NCBI GenBank assembly: GCA_029953675.1
Contig: JAMWBK010000009.1
Coordinates: 868,001 to 932,000 of the forward strand
DNA length: 64,000 bases
DNA from: Rhodosorus marinus CCMP1338
Taxonomy: Eukaryota; Plantae; Rhodophyta
Direction: 5' to 3'
This document shows, piece after piece, positions 49,405 through 61,744 of this stretch (position 1 is its first letter; each line of letters starts with the position of its first letter). Position numbers and translations under genes: made by a program. The notes below the pieces were generated by a model, which was given only the letters and a program-made list of their open reading frames with translations, was not told where the DNA came from and made no database searches.

Positions 49405-50886
49405 TCAACTGCTAGTGGGGTTGAGAAGCTCCCGACCGATGAGCATTCTCCTTATCTCCGATGTCCCTGCCCCGATCTCGTAGAGCTTGGCATCTCTGAG
49501 GAAACGACCCGTTGGGTACTCATTAGTATACCCGTTCGCACCGAGGCATTGAATCGCTTGCAGAGCCACCTGCGTAGCATTTTCTGCAGTCCTCAGTATC
49601 ACTCCGGCGCAATCCTTTCTGGAGGTGAACCCTGGAACATACGATTGAGTTTCTTCCTATCAGCGGCATGAAAAGGCAGATATGTTTGCGGTTGATGAAG
49701 CTGGCTATTACCCTTGTCGGCATCCACGGCAGTTCTGTACACATAAGCTTGGGACATTGAGAGCGTCGTATACATATCCGCAAGTTTACCTTGCATGAGC
49801 TGATACTCTCCGATCGGTTTTCCAAACTGCTTGCGCTCAGCGACGTACGGAAGAACACAATCAAGACATGCTTGCATGATCCCTAACGGTCCAGCAGAAA
49901 GAACCAACCTCTCCGAATCCAGTCCGCTCATTAGAACATACACTCCCTCGTTAACCTTGCCCAGGACGTTCTCGTTTGGGATGAAGCATGAATCGAAGAC
50001 CAGCTCGCACGTTGGGCTCCCTCGCATGCCAAGCTTGTCAAGCTTTTGAGAGGTTGAGAAACCGGGCATGTCCTTCTCGATGATGAATGCCGTAATCCCC
50101 CTGGAGTTTTTTTCAGGGTCGGTTTTTGCATAGACGATGAGGGTGTCGGCGATTGGTCCGTTGGTGCACCACATCTTTGTTCCTGTGAGTTTCCAACCCC
50201 CGTTTACTTCCGCAGCACGGCAAGTCATCGATACTACATCTGAACCAGAATTGGATTCGCTCATAGCCAGCGCTCCTACTTTCTCGCCAGATATTAGATC
50301 AGGAAGAAACCTGTACCCGCAAGAATGGTGGGCTCCTTTTCAAGTCATTGCTGATTGGTCTGGTGCATATGCTTGACTTACCTTTCCATTTGCTGTTCGT
50401 TCCCGTTTCGCACTATCTGGTTTACGCAGAGATTTGAATGCGCTCCATAGGACAGACCAACAGAACCGCTCCCTCTGCTCAACTCCTCCATTACCAGACA
50501 GTGGTGAGAGTAGCCCAAGCCAAGGCCTCCATACTTTTCAGGAGCGGTGACACCCAACAGTCCCATGTCCCCCATAGCCTGTTAGCAAAACATTAGAAGA
50601 AGAAAAAAAGGGAAGCAGCAAAGAGAACAAGTCAACAAACTGAACCCGAAAGCCAGACCCATCGTTCTAAGCGTTTCCAGTTGCCGCCTACCGTCCACAA
50701 CCGCGACGGAAATACACTGCTCTTATCAATTTCATCAGCGAATGGAGCTACCTCCTTGTCTGTAAATTTCTTAACAGACTCCCCCAGCTCCTTCATCTCC
50801 GGCTCCGGCTGCAGCGTCGACACACCTCTCCTCAGCCATCGCGCATTGGCGAGTAAAACCTTGCGTCCAAAAGCACCGCTGTTCAT
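49405..50886 (-). CDS. IVD: Isovaleryl-CoA dehydrogenase, mitochondrial; spliced
   Basis: [59 protein letters not shown] and [17 protein letters not shown]. Confidence 0.95.
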
Positions 50887-52293
50887 TCCTCCACAACAAA
50901 ACAACAAGAAAACCCTCTCCACTTCCTTAGCCAACAAAAGTGTCAACCTGTCTCCCCCATGTATCCCCTTATGTACTCTCAAGGAATCCAAGACCGTTCC
51001 AACTACCTCTGCCGCCATTCGCAATCCACAAAACCAAACAAGTTTCGTCTGATACTCTCCAAAGCAAACTCCTGACACTGAGATTTCAACCAATTTATAA
51101 GCGTCATCTCTTTCTCATACTATTGAATTAATTAATTATTTTGATAGTCTTTTCCCGAAAATATTTACAAATTACAATTGTAGCCATCCTCCCTGGATAT
51201 CAAATTTTGGACTATTTAAGGTGAAGCTTAAGCTGGACTTGTTCGTTGCGTCGCAACTAGTCTATTAATATCACCTCTGTCCTAATAATGAATTTATGAA
51301 TTATTAGGACTATTATTTATAATAATATCTAAAATTACAAAACACGAATATTTATTCAAGGGGAAGATATGGTGACGACTAAATTGGTTTTCCGACAATA
51401 TTTGTAAATGGATGTGTTTGGAATAGATTTCTACTACCTTGAAAATAAATATATTTATGGCGTCCTCAATCAAATGGAGTTTTGAGGTGGGCTGTATCTG
51501 AAAGGTTCCGAAGGCATTGAAGAAGATCAGAGTTTTGTACCGGATTCGGATGCAATCTTCAGAGTTCTTTTAGGAGTTATTCACATCCACAAATACGCAC
51601 GTAGTCAAGCATCGAATGCAACGCACAATGATCAATTGCGTGAGCCTACCACTCGCAAAGCCAGGGAGTGCAGGGCGGAAAGGCAGCAGTCGATCTTCCG
51701 TGCGGAGGTTTCGATGACCACGCATATGTGACTGTATATCTTGCGATACATGAAACAACGCACCCCCATGAACCCAAAAGCCCGTTGTTCCTCGAAAGGA
51801 AGTCAGAGGCCCTTGGCCAATCTCGCTCCGCGCAGACTCACTTTTCAGGCGTTTGTCCGCATGATCCTGTCTAAACCAAACTCAACCACCACCTGTTGTT
51901 AATAGACAGAGATCTGCTACTTTGCTGCTGCTAGTTTCTCAACCCCGCATCTAAAAGAACCCTCCACCAACTCATCAGAAGTACTCGTACAAAATCCAGT
52001 GCTCTGTACTAAAAGATTCCAATCTTGGAAGAAAAAACAGCGACATTCCGAACAATACCCGAATCTGGTATACGCACAAAATCGGGTAAAATTGGGTTTT
52101 GCTTAGGATTCGCAAACTTGGCATACTAACCACTCAATTGCGGTAGAGTTAGAGCTTTCATGGGGGAGATTAGAGTGGAGCTCGTTGACGGATACCTAGT
52201 GTTGAAGTGGGGGAGTGACAGCAACATAGTGGAATTGAGCTTTTGGAGAGGGATTGCTTTTGTGCTTGGCGTGAACTGAGGAATTTATGCAGG

Positions 52294-53615
52294 ATGATTT
52301 CGTTTGTTTCGGTATCAGGAGGGCTTGGGTTTGCTGGTTGTCCCGGGTCGCGGTGTCGGGTGGTGTGCAAGGCGAGCGGACCCGAGGTAGTTGCGGTTAA
52401 GTTGATCGCGTATGGAGATGCTGAGGAATGGCCAAGAGCGGAGGGCCTGGCGCTGTTAGGTCGGGCAAAGGAGAAGGACGCGTATAATTCAGAGGTCGTC
52501 CCCATACCGCTGGCCAGTAAGTTCGAGGTCGCCCTGGTCAAGTCCTGTTTCGGCTCCGGCAGCAAGCTGTCGATGATTGATGTTGTGAGAATATTGCACG
52601 AAATTGGGGACATCGTTAGTGGCCTTCCATGGAAAGAACAAGGGTGAGGAAACTTTCAAGAGGATCTGCCAACACTCTATGCTTCGTAGGTTCTGATCGG
52701 TACTGTACCTGCAGGAAACAGGAGGCGATCCAGTCCATGTACGATGGCAGAGCTAACGGTTCAATCCAACGCGAAGCTAGTATGTTAGAGCAAATGGTCT
52801 CAGCAAGTCCATCCGAGATAGTTCGCCTCAGCCTCGTGGAGAAAGAAACTTTGACTGTCGACCCATTGATTACTGGTCAACTTACAGTCCGTCGAGAAGT
52901 AGTGTCCTTGTTCGGAAAGACATACTACTCCCAAGAGCCTGAAAAAATTGTAAGTTCTTAGCAATATGTGAAGCTGGCCTTTGTATACTTTCGCATTCTC
53001 ACGAAAGCCCTATTCGCCCAACAGGAGTGCCGGCCCGGGGAGGTGATCTCTCTCAGCCAAGAATTGGATATTCCGATATCGATGGACAGCTGGGCGTGGA
53101 CCCTCTACTCGACTAGGCTTGCCAGAGACCGAGATTCGAATTCTATTGGATTTTCTGAGGATATCGAGTTTGTGGAGCGTTCCAAAGAGGATTCAGTCAC
53201 GGTGAAGCCCGTTGAATTATTGACAAAGGATGAAATTCTCAGAATGTCGATTCCTCAGCTTCGAACAGCGTTGCGATCGGCAGGAATTCCGTCCAAGACC
53301 AGAACCACTAGAGGCGAGCTTCTTATGCGACTAATTCCCATGATTGACGAGACAGTGCGAAGAGCTATGCTTGTTGATGAGGCAGTTCGAAGGGAGGATT
53401 ACGGACGGGCCTCGGAGCTTCAAGCCGAGCGGTCTGAAAGGAGCCGCGTAAAGCAGCAACTTGAAGAAGCGGTGGCTGAGGAAAGGTACCTCGACGCTCA
53501 AAAGCTTCAGGAAAGATTTGACCGACTTACAGAGATCCGAGCAGACCCAACACAAGATGAAGGATCTTACGATCGATATTTGGATCAGGACGAATGGTAC
53601 AAACCCATCCGCTGA
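52294..53615 (+). CDS. Plastid-targeted protein with tandem UVR (UvrB/C) helices; 3 exons
   Basis: Transit peptide MISFVS; AVRREDYGRASELQ and LEEAVAEERYLDAQKLQ UVR motifs; C-terminal ADPTQDEGSYDRYLDQDEWY. Confidence 0.8.
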
Positions 53616-55233
53616 CCTCGGTTACCTTTTGAGTCCCTCCAGCCGATCGGCCGCGGAACCCGAAAGATCTACCGGTGAGGCCGCTTGGGCCTGTGGAGAA
53701 CGGCACCGACGTTTGCGATTGTTATACATCCAAAGAAGGATATTGTTTCCGCTTAGTGCACCTAACAGCTTGGCCTCCACGGCGACCGCCGCATGGCAGC
53801 TAGGGTGACACGGCCATTCCACCGCAGACCATCAAGACTGTGAACAAAGCAAACTAGGCTCTTGCTCTTAATCGGTGGAAAGCACCGTGCAGAACTGAGC
53901 ATGGCACGTGACATCCTTCGGCTTCGATCATTTCAGGTGTCATCGCCAGAGCTCGCAGGGCTAAAGCTTCCAAAGCAAGATGACGATCCAAAGATCGTGC
54001 GTGTTTTCGAAACTCGCGTCTCGAGCACACGGTGTTCCCCTGCCACGCACCGCGCGATCTATTAACCACTACTCTGAGCAAGACGCCGCTCCGGAAAACA
54101 TCCCTGCCTCAGATATTTCAGGTCTATTCCAGTTCAGAAGAGTTCATGAATCCCAGAAATAAATAAATAAAAAAACTCCCTCAACAGTCGTTCATTGGAT
54201 AATCCAATATACTGTACAAACAAACTATCTAGATTAATCACAGCCAACACTCCACCTTCATTGGAGACATTACCATACTTAGTACATGTCCATTGGCCAT
54301 CTTCACAAAACCTTCCAATCAAACAAAAAACAACAGCAAAGACTATACAATTATTTCACAAGAACATTCCAAAAAAATCCGAGAAATATCTTTCAAAACG
54401 CCCATATCTCGCGTGTTTTCCAGCCCCTCGATGCAATTCCGCCTACCGCTCATTCTCAACAATAGACGACCAGAGGGGTAAGACAATAACACAAAATAAA
54501 TCCATCAACATATAAAAACATACTTAAAATAACTAATAACCTATTCTACCACATGCAATAAGGCGGGATCATCGCTAAAGCAAAATCAAAAGAACTTGAA
54601 CTCAAATAGATTGATTATCAATCATTAACTATTTTTGCGATTGAACTCGATCGTGGAATGGTTTATTTTCTTTCGTTTTTTAAGTCTCCCAGTTCCTCCG
54701 CTCAAGGGTGATGAGGTTTTATCATCTCGTTTGGGGAGAGAGGTTTCAGTTTTGAGAAGCACTCTCTTTCGTGCTGAGGACGTCGTGCGGATAACATATG
54801 GAAAATACGGTTGATGGCTGTTTTAGAAAGGGCATTCCTATTAGTTTCTTTTTGTTCTTGTTCTTCTCATTTGGGGTTTGGGTAGTGGGATTGTATTCTA
54901 TTTTTTTGGTGTTCCTGTTTGGGAAGGAACGGACGTGTTTGGTGACGGTTTCGGTGAAGGTACAGAGTTGGATTTGGATTTGTGGGGATAAGGGTGTGGT
55001 GGAGGGGAGGGAGGGGGGATGTGGGATGTAAGATGGTTTAGAGGAGGGAGGTAATGGCTGAGGTGGACGTATAGTTTTGGGGGCAGAGTAGTTCTTTGAG
55101 GGGATGGTGAGCCTGGAGGTGGGATGTTTGTAGGGTCCCATTGATGAATCTGCGATCGGGTGTTGCCGGGGTTGGGGGAGGTGGGGTTGTGGGTGTTTTG
55201 TTTTGTTTTTTGAACTGACTCCGTTTGCCACAG

Positions 55234-58200
55234 ATGGGGTTTCTGAGTTCCTCGACGTCGTCGCATCCAAATGTCACGCGAAAACCTGGGGTGGTGCCGC
55301 GACAGGCGCGGGCGGGGGTTGTTTGCATGGCAGTTGAGAAAAGGGCGTTTAGACAGGATCCGCTGCCGACGATTAAGGATTTTAATCGCCGAATTTCGTA
55401 TCACGGAAAGTGAGTAATTGCGCAGTACTTGAAAGTGTTTCTTAAGGTGTTTTCTCCTAAACTTCAATCTGAATAGCGGTCTAACAATTTGAAACTGTGA
55501 AGACGAAAGGAATTCGATGCAGCTCTGAAGGTAAAGGGCATGATTGAGGCTGCGGAGGCCCTAGATACTGGGATTAGAAGAAACGTATATACCTTCAATG
55601 CTTGGCTCGATGCCTGTGTGAGGTAAGCTTGCCGGACAAGTGGCCGTCCCCAAAAGGAAAATGAATATGGCGCTGACCTGGGGCACAAACCGTGCTTCTT
55701 ACTGAACAGATGTGGCAAGACGGAGCTCACAACCGAAGCGATGCGGGAAATGGCAAATCTGGGTCTCAAACCGAACATAGTCAGTTTCAATACTATCTTG
55801 AAGGTTTGTGCAAAGAGTACAGCTTCCCTCACATTTGACGTTGCGTTGACTCGAAGTTTGTCGTTTAGGGATACGCAACTGGACAAAAAGCGGATCTTGA
55901 GAACGCGCTCGCACTCCTAAATGAGATGAAAAGATTGAATGTGGAACCAGATGTTTTGTCGTACAATACGGTTCTTAACGCCTGTGCTGAGGCGCTTGAG
56001 ATGACTACGGCGAAGAAGTTGGTCGTCGAGATGCTTAGGAACAATGTGAAACCGGACGATTTCACCATTACGACTCTAGCAAAAGGTAACGTGCTGCTTC
56101 CCTTTTGCTAAACTGCGCCGTGGATCGAGTAAGTAATGATCTAACATAAGCCGCCTTTCGTGAAAACAAGGTTGGATGACGTTGAAGAATGTCGAGGAAC
56201 TGGATAAGCTGCTCTTGCTGAAGATCAAGATGGAAAGTGGATCCCGGACCCTTAAGCGCCGAAGACCGACCGCGTACTACACTTTAGCGGATGGCTACGT
56301 ACGAAGCGGACGCCCACGGAAGGCAGTAGCTCTGATCAAGTCCCTACTTCCACATCACCGAGAAGAGACAGACGGTGAAGTGTTTTCCATGCTTCACGAG
56401 ATTGATGTAAGGCTGGCTTCTCGTTTCTATCCTGTTTGGATTAGGACCCTGCTAAACGTAGCGTTTTACCCTTCCTATATAGGTTGCCGTCGACGTTAAC
56501 ACGTTCAACGTCCTCTTGAAGGCCCTCAAGGAATCTGCGGCTTCCAGTCTTAGCGCCCAGAAGGTGTTGATGGAGATGGAGCGTTATGACGTCGCACCGG
56601 ACAACGTAAGCTGCACACGTTTTGTCAGGGAATCTGCTCTACTCATTGCTCATAGGAGAATTCTTGTCTTTGTGCAGATTACATACATCACGCTGGTCGA
56701 CCTGCTTTGCACGAACGGAGACATGGAGCTGGGTGAGGCGACGATTGCAAGTCTTGCGGATTCCGGCTTTCCCACCACGGCTGCTATGTACAATGCTTTG
56801 ATTAAAGGTACGAGCAGTAAATACCAGGGTGTGACCGAACAGCGTACGGCGACTCAGCGTATCTTCTCTGTCGGATGTTAGGATACGCACGAATGAGTCC
56901 ACCGAACATGGAAAAAGTCTTCGAAATCTACGACGCGATGAAGGAGCCAAAGGGTAAGTGCCGATCCATGAAGGGTTGTACGAATTTCAGGGAGCTGAAG
57001 AAACTAACCGCGGTCCTTGTTCTTAGATGGTTACTCTCCGCCGGATCACGTAACGTCCGCTTGCGTAGTCGACGCTTTAGCAAGGGTTGGAGATGTTGGG
57101 ACAGCGTTGAAGGTACTCCAGGAGGCGGAAGCAAGTGAGGACTTTGCTGCAAGGCCGAGGAAGGAAACTTTCAACGCGCTCATAAAGGCTTACAGAACTG
57201 CGGTGCTGAAAGTCCGAACTCTCGAAGAAGACGAGTTCGATGGTGATGAGGGCGCGGACGACTTTGATGTGAGGATGAAAGCAATCTATATGGAAACCTT
57301 CCTCAAAGCTCCTCTTGCTTGAATTTCCTGACACTTTTCACTTGTTACTCCCCTTGGACAGAGGGAACATCTTGCCCACTACTTCAACGCCGCACGGAGG
57401 ATACTGATACGGATGCGTGGCTTTCATGACGAGAGGGTTACACCGGATGTAATTACATACAATACAGCCATAGACATTTGCGCGGAATTGGGAGACGTTC
57501 CAAATGCTGAGAAGCTTTACAGGGAGATGATTGAGGATAAGATTAGGCCTGATGTGAAGACGTTCAACACACTCATTAAGGTATGATGTCGCGGTCTCGC
57601 GCTGGAAAAACTCGTACGTGGATATTGACGTTACTCTGGCTTCTGACAGGCATGCAATCGGGCCAGGACTGGGTTGATGGAGGCGTTCAAGTGGACGAAA
57701 GAAATGTCGGAAAAGAATGTGAAGCCTGATCAGTACACTTATGCTGGACTGTTATCCGCATCAGCAGAGTCAAAGGATGTACCCAGGGCTTTGGAATATT
57801 TCCAGGAAACCCTGCAGGCTAAGCGCGACGAGATGATGAGTGAGTCTTGGCACTATGCGATAAATCCCAGCCGCGTTTGCGTGGCCGCGCCTCTGATTTG
57901 GCGTTGCATTGGAATTCAGGGTTCCGAGAGGAGGAGGAGGAGTCGTTTCTTCAGCTCTCAGTACACCCGTCAGCATATGTATCTCTGATGAAAGCCTTCT
58001 CAAACTTGGGTGTTAACGGTTCGAAGATGATTTTCAAGCTGCGTGATGAGCTGGAAGGTAGGCTGAACTGTCCTCTAGTGCCGGTGTTTCCGGTTTGAAT
58101 TTTTTGATTGTGCGCAACGGGTGGCTAAGCACACAAGCATCTCTTTGTCGTGTGTAGCTCGGGGGTATGAGATGGGAGTAAGTGGGTATACAGCTATAGC

Positions 58201-58789
58201 CAATTGCCACGCTCAGCAAGGGGACTACAACGCTGTGGACGCCACATTTGACGAGATGCTCAGAAATGTCAGAAACATTCCGGTACGTGCAAGGCCTAGC
58301 AATAGGAGTATTAAAGATCCAGCGCGTTCACCAGGTTGTGGTTTGGGAAACAGGAATCGCTGAATAAGCGTCAACAGTCGATTCGATTGAAAGCCTACTG
58401 CAAAGGCAACAACCTTACGGCAGCTGTTCAGTTGTTCTTCGCAGAGAGCGACCCGGACGTTGCCATGTACAACACAATTTTAATGTATTGCTGTGATGCA
58501 AAAGATATGGACAATCTAGTCAAAATCCTCAGAAGAATGGAGGTAAGTTTCCTGATCGACCGGGTTGGCCGTCGGGGCAACCCTTCGGGTAAAAGAAGCT
58601 TACAAACGATGCTCTCTGCTTGCGTAGGCGGAGGGTGTAGAGCCCGACGAAAGAACAGGTGTATCTGTGAAGGAGATGATGCGCAGCGTCGCGAAAGTGC
58701 TGAAGAGCTTTGACAGCCGCTTCACCTCATTGATCCTGCAAGCAGCATCTTCTAGCTCGCCTCCTACTGCCGAACAGGAAGCAACGTGA
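55234..58789 (+). CDS. Pentatricopeptide-repeat protein, plastid-targeted; >10 introns
   Basis: Repeated PPR motifs (PDVLSYNTVLNAC, PDVITYNTAIDIC, PDVKTFNTLIK, PDQYTYAGLLSA) joined by GT-AG introns. Confidence 0.9.
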
Positions 58790-58990
58790 AGAGAGAAATT
58801 TAGATGATAGGATCGCTGGCCTTAGGATTGTTTTCTAGGAAAGCTAGTTTCCTAGCGAAAACATTTCCCATAGTAGTACGAATTCTACAACTAACTGCAA
58901 TAGTTTAATCACAAAGACACTTTTTTAAGGACGTCTCGCGGACTGGTCTGCACGTCCCATGGGATCTTATTCACTTATGAGGTTTCTAGC

Positions 58991-60029
58991 TCAACTTTCA
59001 ACCTGTCCAAAGTATTTGCCTAGAATAGAAATGAACACGGAGAGAACGGCTGAAGCGCTGACATCTTCCGCTCCATTCGATTCCGTTGCTTTCCACGCAA
59101 CTGAGAACATCCTAAGAAGCGAGCGCATTGATGCATATGAGTCCGCATCTAAAGGTCTGAGAAGCGTGACAATACAGCGCGAGGTTTGGAGAAGGAAGGT
59201 TAGCCTTTCAGAGATGGTCGACGCTCGGTCCTTTGCCGTCCTTGTGTCGGCTTCTTACGTTTCCAATGTGGCCAGCAATGCAAAGAGCCATTCTCCTCTG
59301 TACGAGTCCTGTTTTTTGGATGGATTGAAGAGGCACTGCCTTTTGAGTGAATGAAGTTTGGCTTGCCGGATGCGTGTCGATACTCAGTCACATACAGAAA
59401 GCAAAGACGCACAGGCCAATTCTTCTTGTGCGCTCAGGGTTTCTTCGCGAAGCCACTTTTCGAAGTGCCACAGAGCCGCACAGGCGTTTTTCTGATCTAT
59501 TTGTCGCACTATAGTTAGAGTAGGACGTTGACTGGTCTGCTTCTCAAAGCAAAGGCGTCTCCATTTCGCCTCGTTCTCCGGTTTCGGGAGGTTGCTGTGC
59601 CTGCTTTCATGGTCAAAATTCCTCTCACCGGCCTTCAAACGACGTCGGACCTGCTCAAACTCATCCAGAAGCTCTTTCAGCTGCTCTTCGGAGATCTTTG
59701 CGAAAAATTCGTCAGTGTGAGGTATCTCAATCCTGGCCAATTGGGAGGAGACATCTGCTTGGGATTCTCTCTGTCTTCTCTCGCGAGTCTCAGCCACCGC
59801 TACATTCGCCATCGATTGAGCCTCCCAGTGTACCTGCCTCAGATACTCCTCTGCGCTCTGCGGCGGACCTTCACTCGGTCTTTGTCCGTCAAAATACAGC
59901 GCCTTCAGCGTCAAAAGGAGACAGAAGCGGAGTCAGCAGACTAGTCCTTACGAGATGAAGAATCAGACACTGGAAGAAGGCCCTCACCCTTGGCATCAAG
60001 TGATCATCTCGAGAGTCATCGCTGTCCAT
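58991..60029 (-). CDS. GEMIN2: Gemin2/SIP1 (SMN complex); spliced
   Basis: MDSDD..LMPR|AL..PPQSAEEYLRQVHWEA, WRRLC, WLFALLATLET|PLDAD..MRSLLR, and ILGKYFGQ. Confidence 0.88.
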
Positions 60030-61087
60030 GTCTTTGAAACGCCCCTGAAGCTCGCTTCAGACCATGACCGGACAAGCGAGCTTCCTAGAGACACCCGCAT
60101 GCAATTCGCGAGCATTAGTCGTCCTCAACAAGCTCAGAGCAGATAACTATCGTGCCGGGTTCTTATCTCGTTGTCAACCATCGTCACCAAACTGGCTGTC
60201 CAGCACCAAAAGCTTACCATCAGCTTCTTCAGTGCTGTGGAGATGTATGAGTTATTCTCACTGACTTGGTAGCTGTCGATCCCTGGCTGGTGCGAGACAC
60301 CCTCCAGTTTGAAACTGTACTGTATAAAATTTCAGTCAGGAGCTACGGAAACCAAGAATCGTTGAGTGCTGATGTGTTCCTTGTAGACGTCGCTTTAATA
60401 CGAAACAAAGATTCACTTTGCGTGTGAAAAACGAAAGACTGCTCCGCGTATACTGATACGCGGAGCCCATCTGCACCTGCCTCTTGGCAGGTGCAGATGG
60501 AGATTGGCATTGGCAACAATGCCCACTATGGTCATCACGAGTGCGGCAGCTGCTCGATCAGCTTGAGTTGAATCCTCTGCCACGGCATCCGCGTGAACGT
60601 CATGGACGTAAAAGCAGGTTCGCGGTTGCCGGCAGCAGCTTGCTCGACTTGCCCAGTTTTCCGCGTGATTGAAAGGTATCGTTCTCACGTTAGGAACTGA
60701 GCCGCTATACTGGCGAAGCGCTTCTAAGTCGATTTTCAGTGGTTGCTTGATAAATCCTTGAACCCCATGTTGATCCATGAGTAGAACTGATCGAGTTCAG
60801 ACTGCACGATGGTGGAAAGCATTCGTGGTGGACTAGGACGTGGGCGTACAGCTAATTAGAAGTTACACTGAAACTATAAACAGATGGGCTTGCAGGTCAA
60901 TACGGGAAACATCCCCATTCAGCGATCTCAGCCGTTGAACGATTTTGACGTGGATATTACATATTTTACATGTCCGAAGCCGTTGAATAGTCTGAGCTTT
61001 GCGACTAGTGTTGCCCTCTGTGACAGGTTGCTCAAGCCACTCCCGCATGGAGTATGAGTCTTGGAGATTCCCTCACCTTAACGGTTT

Positions 61088-61744
61088 CTATGCACTACCC
61101 TCATTCGTCGGGGCGGCAACAGGGTTGTCCTTTGAGTCTTCTTGCGTGGACTGGTCCTGAACGAGCTTCGTGACCGACCTCAACATGAGTCTAATGTTGG
61201 ATAGGTTCTCGTGCTTCTTGTTCTTCATGAAAAACTTCTTCTCGGGCTCTTTCGACAACAACAGCTCCACGAGATCAAATGCAGTCTGGCTTTGTCCGTT
61301 TTGAATCGACGGATCCGCCCCCTGGTCAAGCAAATATTCCACAGTTCCCTGTCGTGCATAGCCGGCAGCCATATGCAAGGGCGTCAAACCCGTCACATCC
61401 TGTGCATCGATCTCCGCTCCCTTTTCCAGCAACGTCGTGATCGTTGGTACTGCTCCGATCGCCGCGACGTAGTGCAAAATAGATCGTCCATTAGGATCCG
61501 TGGCGGTGGCATCAGCTCCTTCATCCAACGCATCATCGATCGCCGAAACGTCCTGCTTAGACGCCGCCTCGAACATCTTGGTGTTGTCCACCGCTGGCGC
61601 CAACGGATTCTCAACCGCTTTTTCATTCTCTACGTCAGCCTCCATTCTAACCGCAAGACGCCCAATCTTTCGCCTCGAGCATACACAACATCCACGATGA
61701 CCCCCAACAGGGCCACCAACAAATCCAGACCCAACAAAAGCCAT
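61088..61744 (-). CDS. Plastid ankyrin-repeat protein resembling the cpSRP43 ankyrin core; intronless
   Basis: MAFV transit peptide; GRSILHYVAAIG and GLTPLHMAAGYARQGTVEYLLDQGAD..QTAFDLVELLL. Confidence 0.8.
   Translation of the reverse strand: MAFVGSGFVGGPVGGHRGCCVCSRRKIGRLAVRMEADVENEKAVENPLAPAVDNTKMFEAASKQDVSAIDDALDEGADATATDPNGRSILHYVAAIGAVPTITTLLEKGAEIDAQDVTGLTPLHMAAGYARQGTVEYLLDQGADPSIQNGQSQTAFDLVELLLSKEPEKKFFMKNKKHENLSNIRLMLRSVTKLVQDQSTQEDSKDNPVAAPTNEGSA

Noticed and set aside
60150-61050. Gene between the ankyrin gene and Gemin2 (ORF 60413-60778)
   Set aside because: No recognisable motif and no consistent exon chain.
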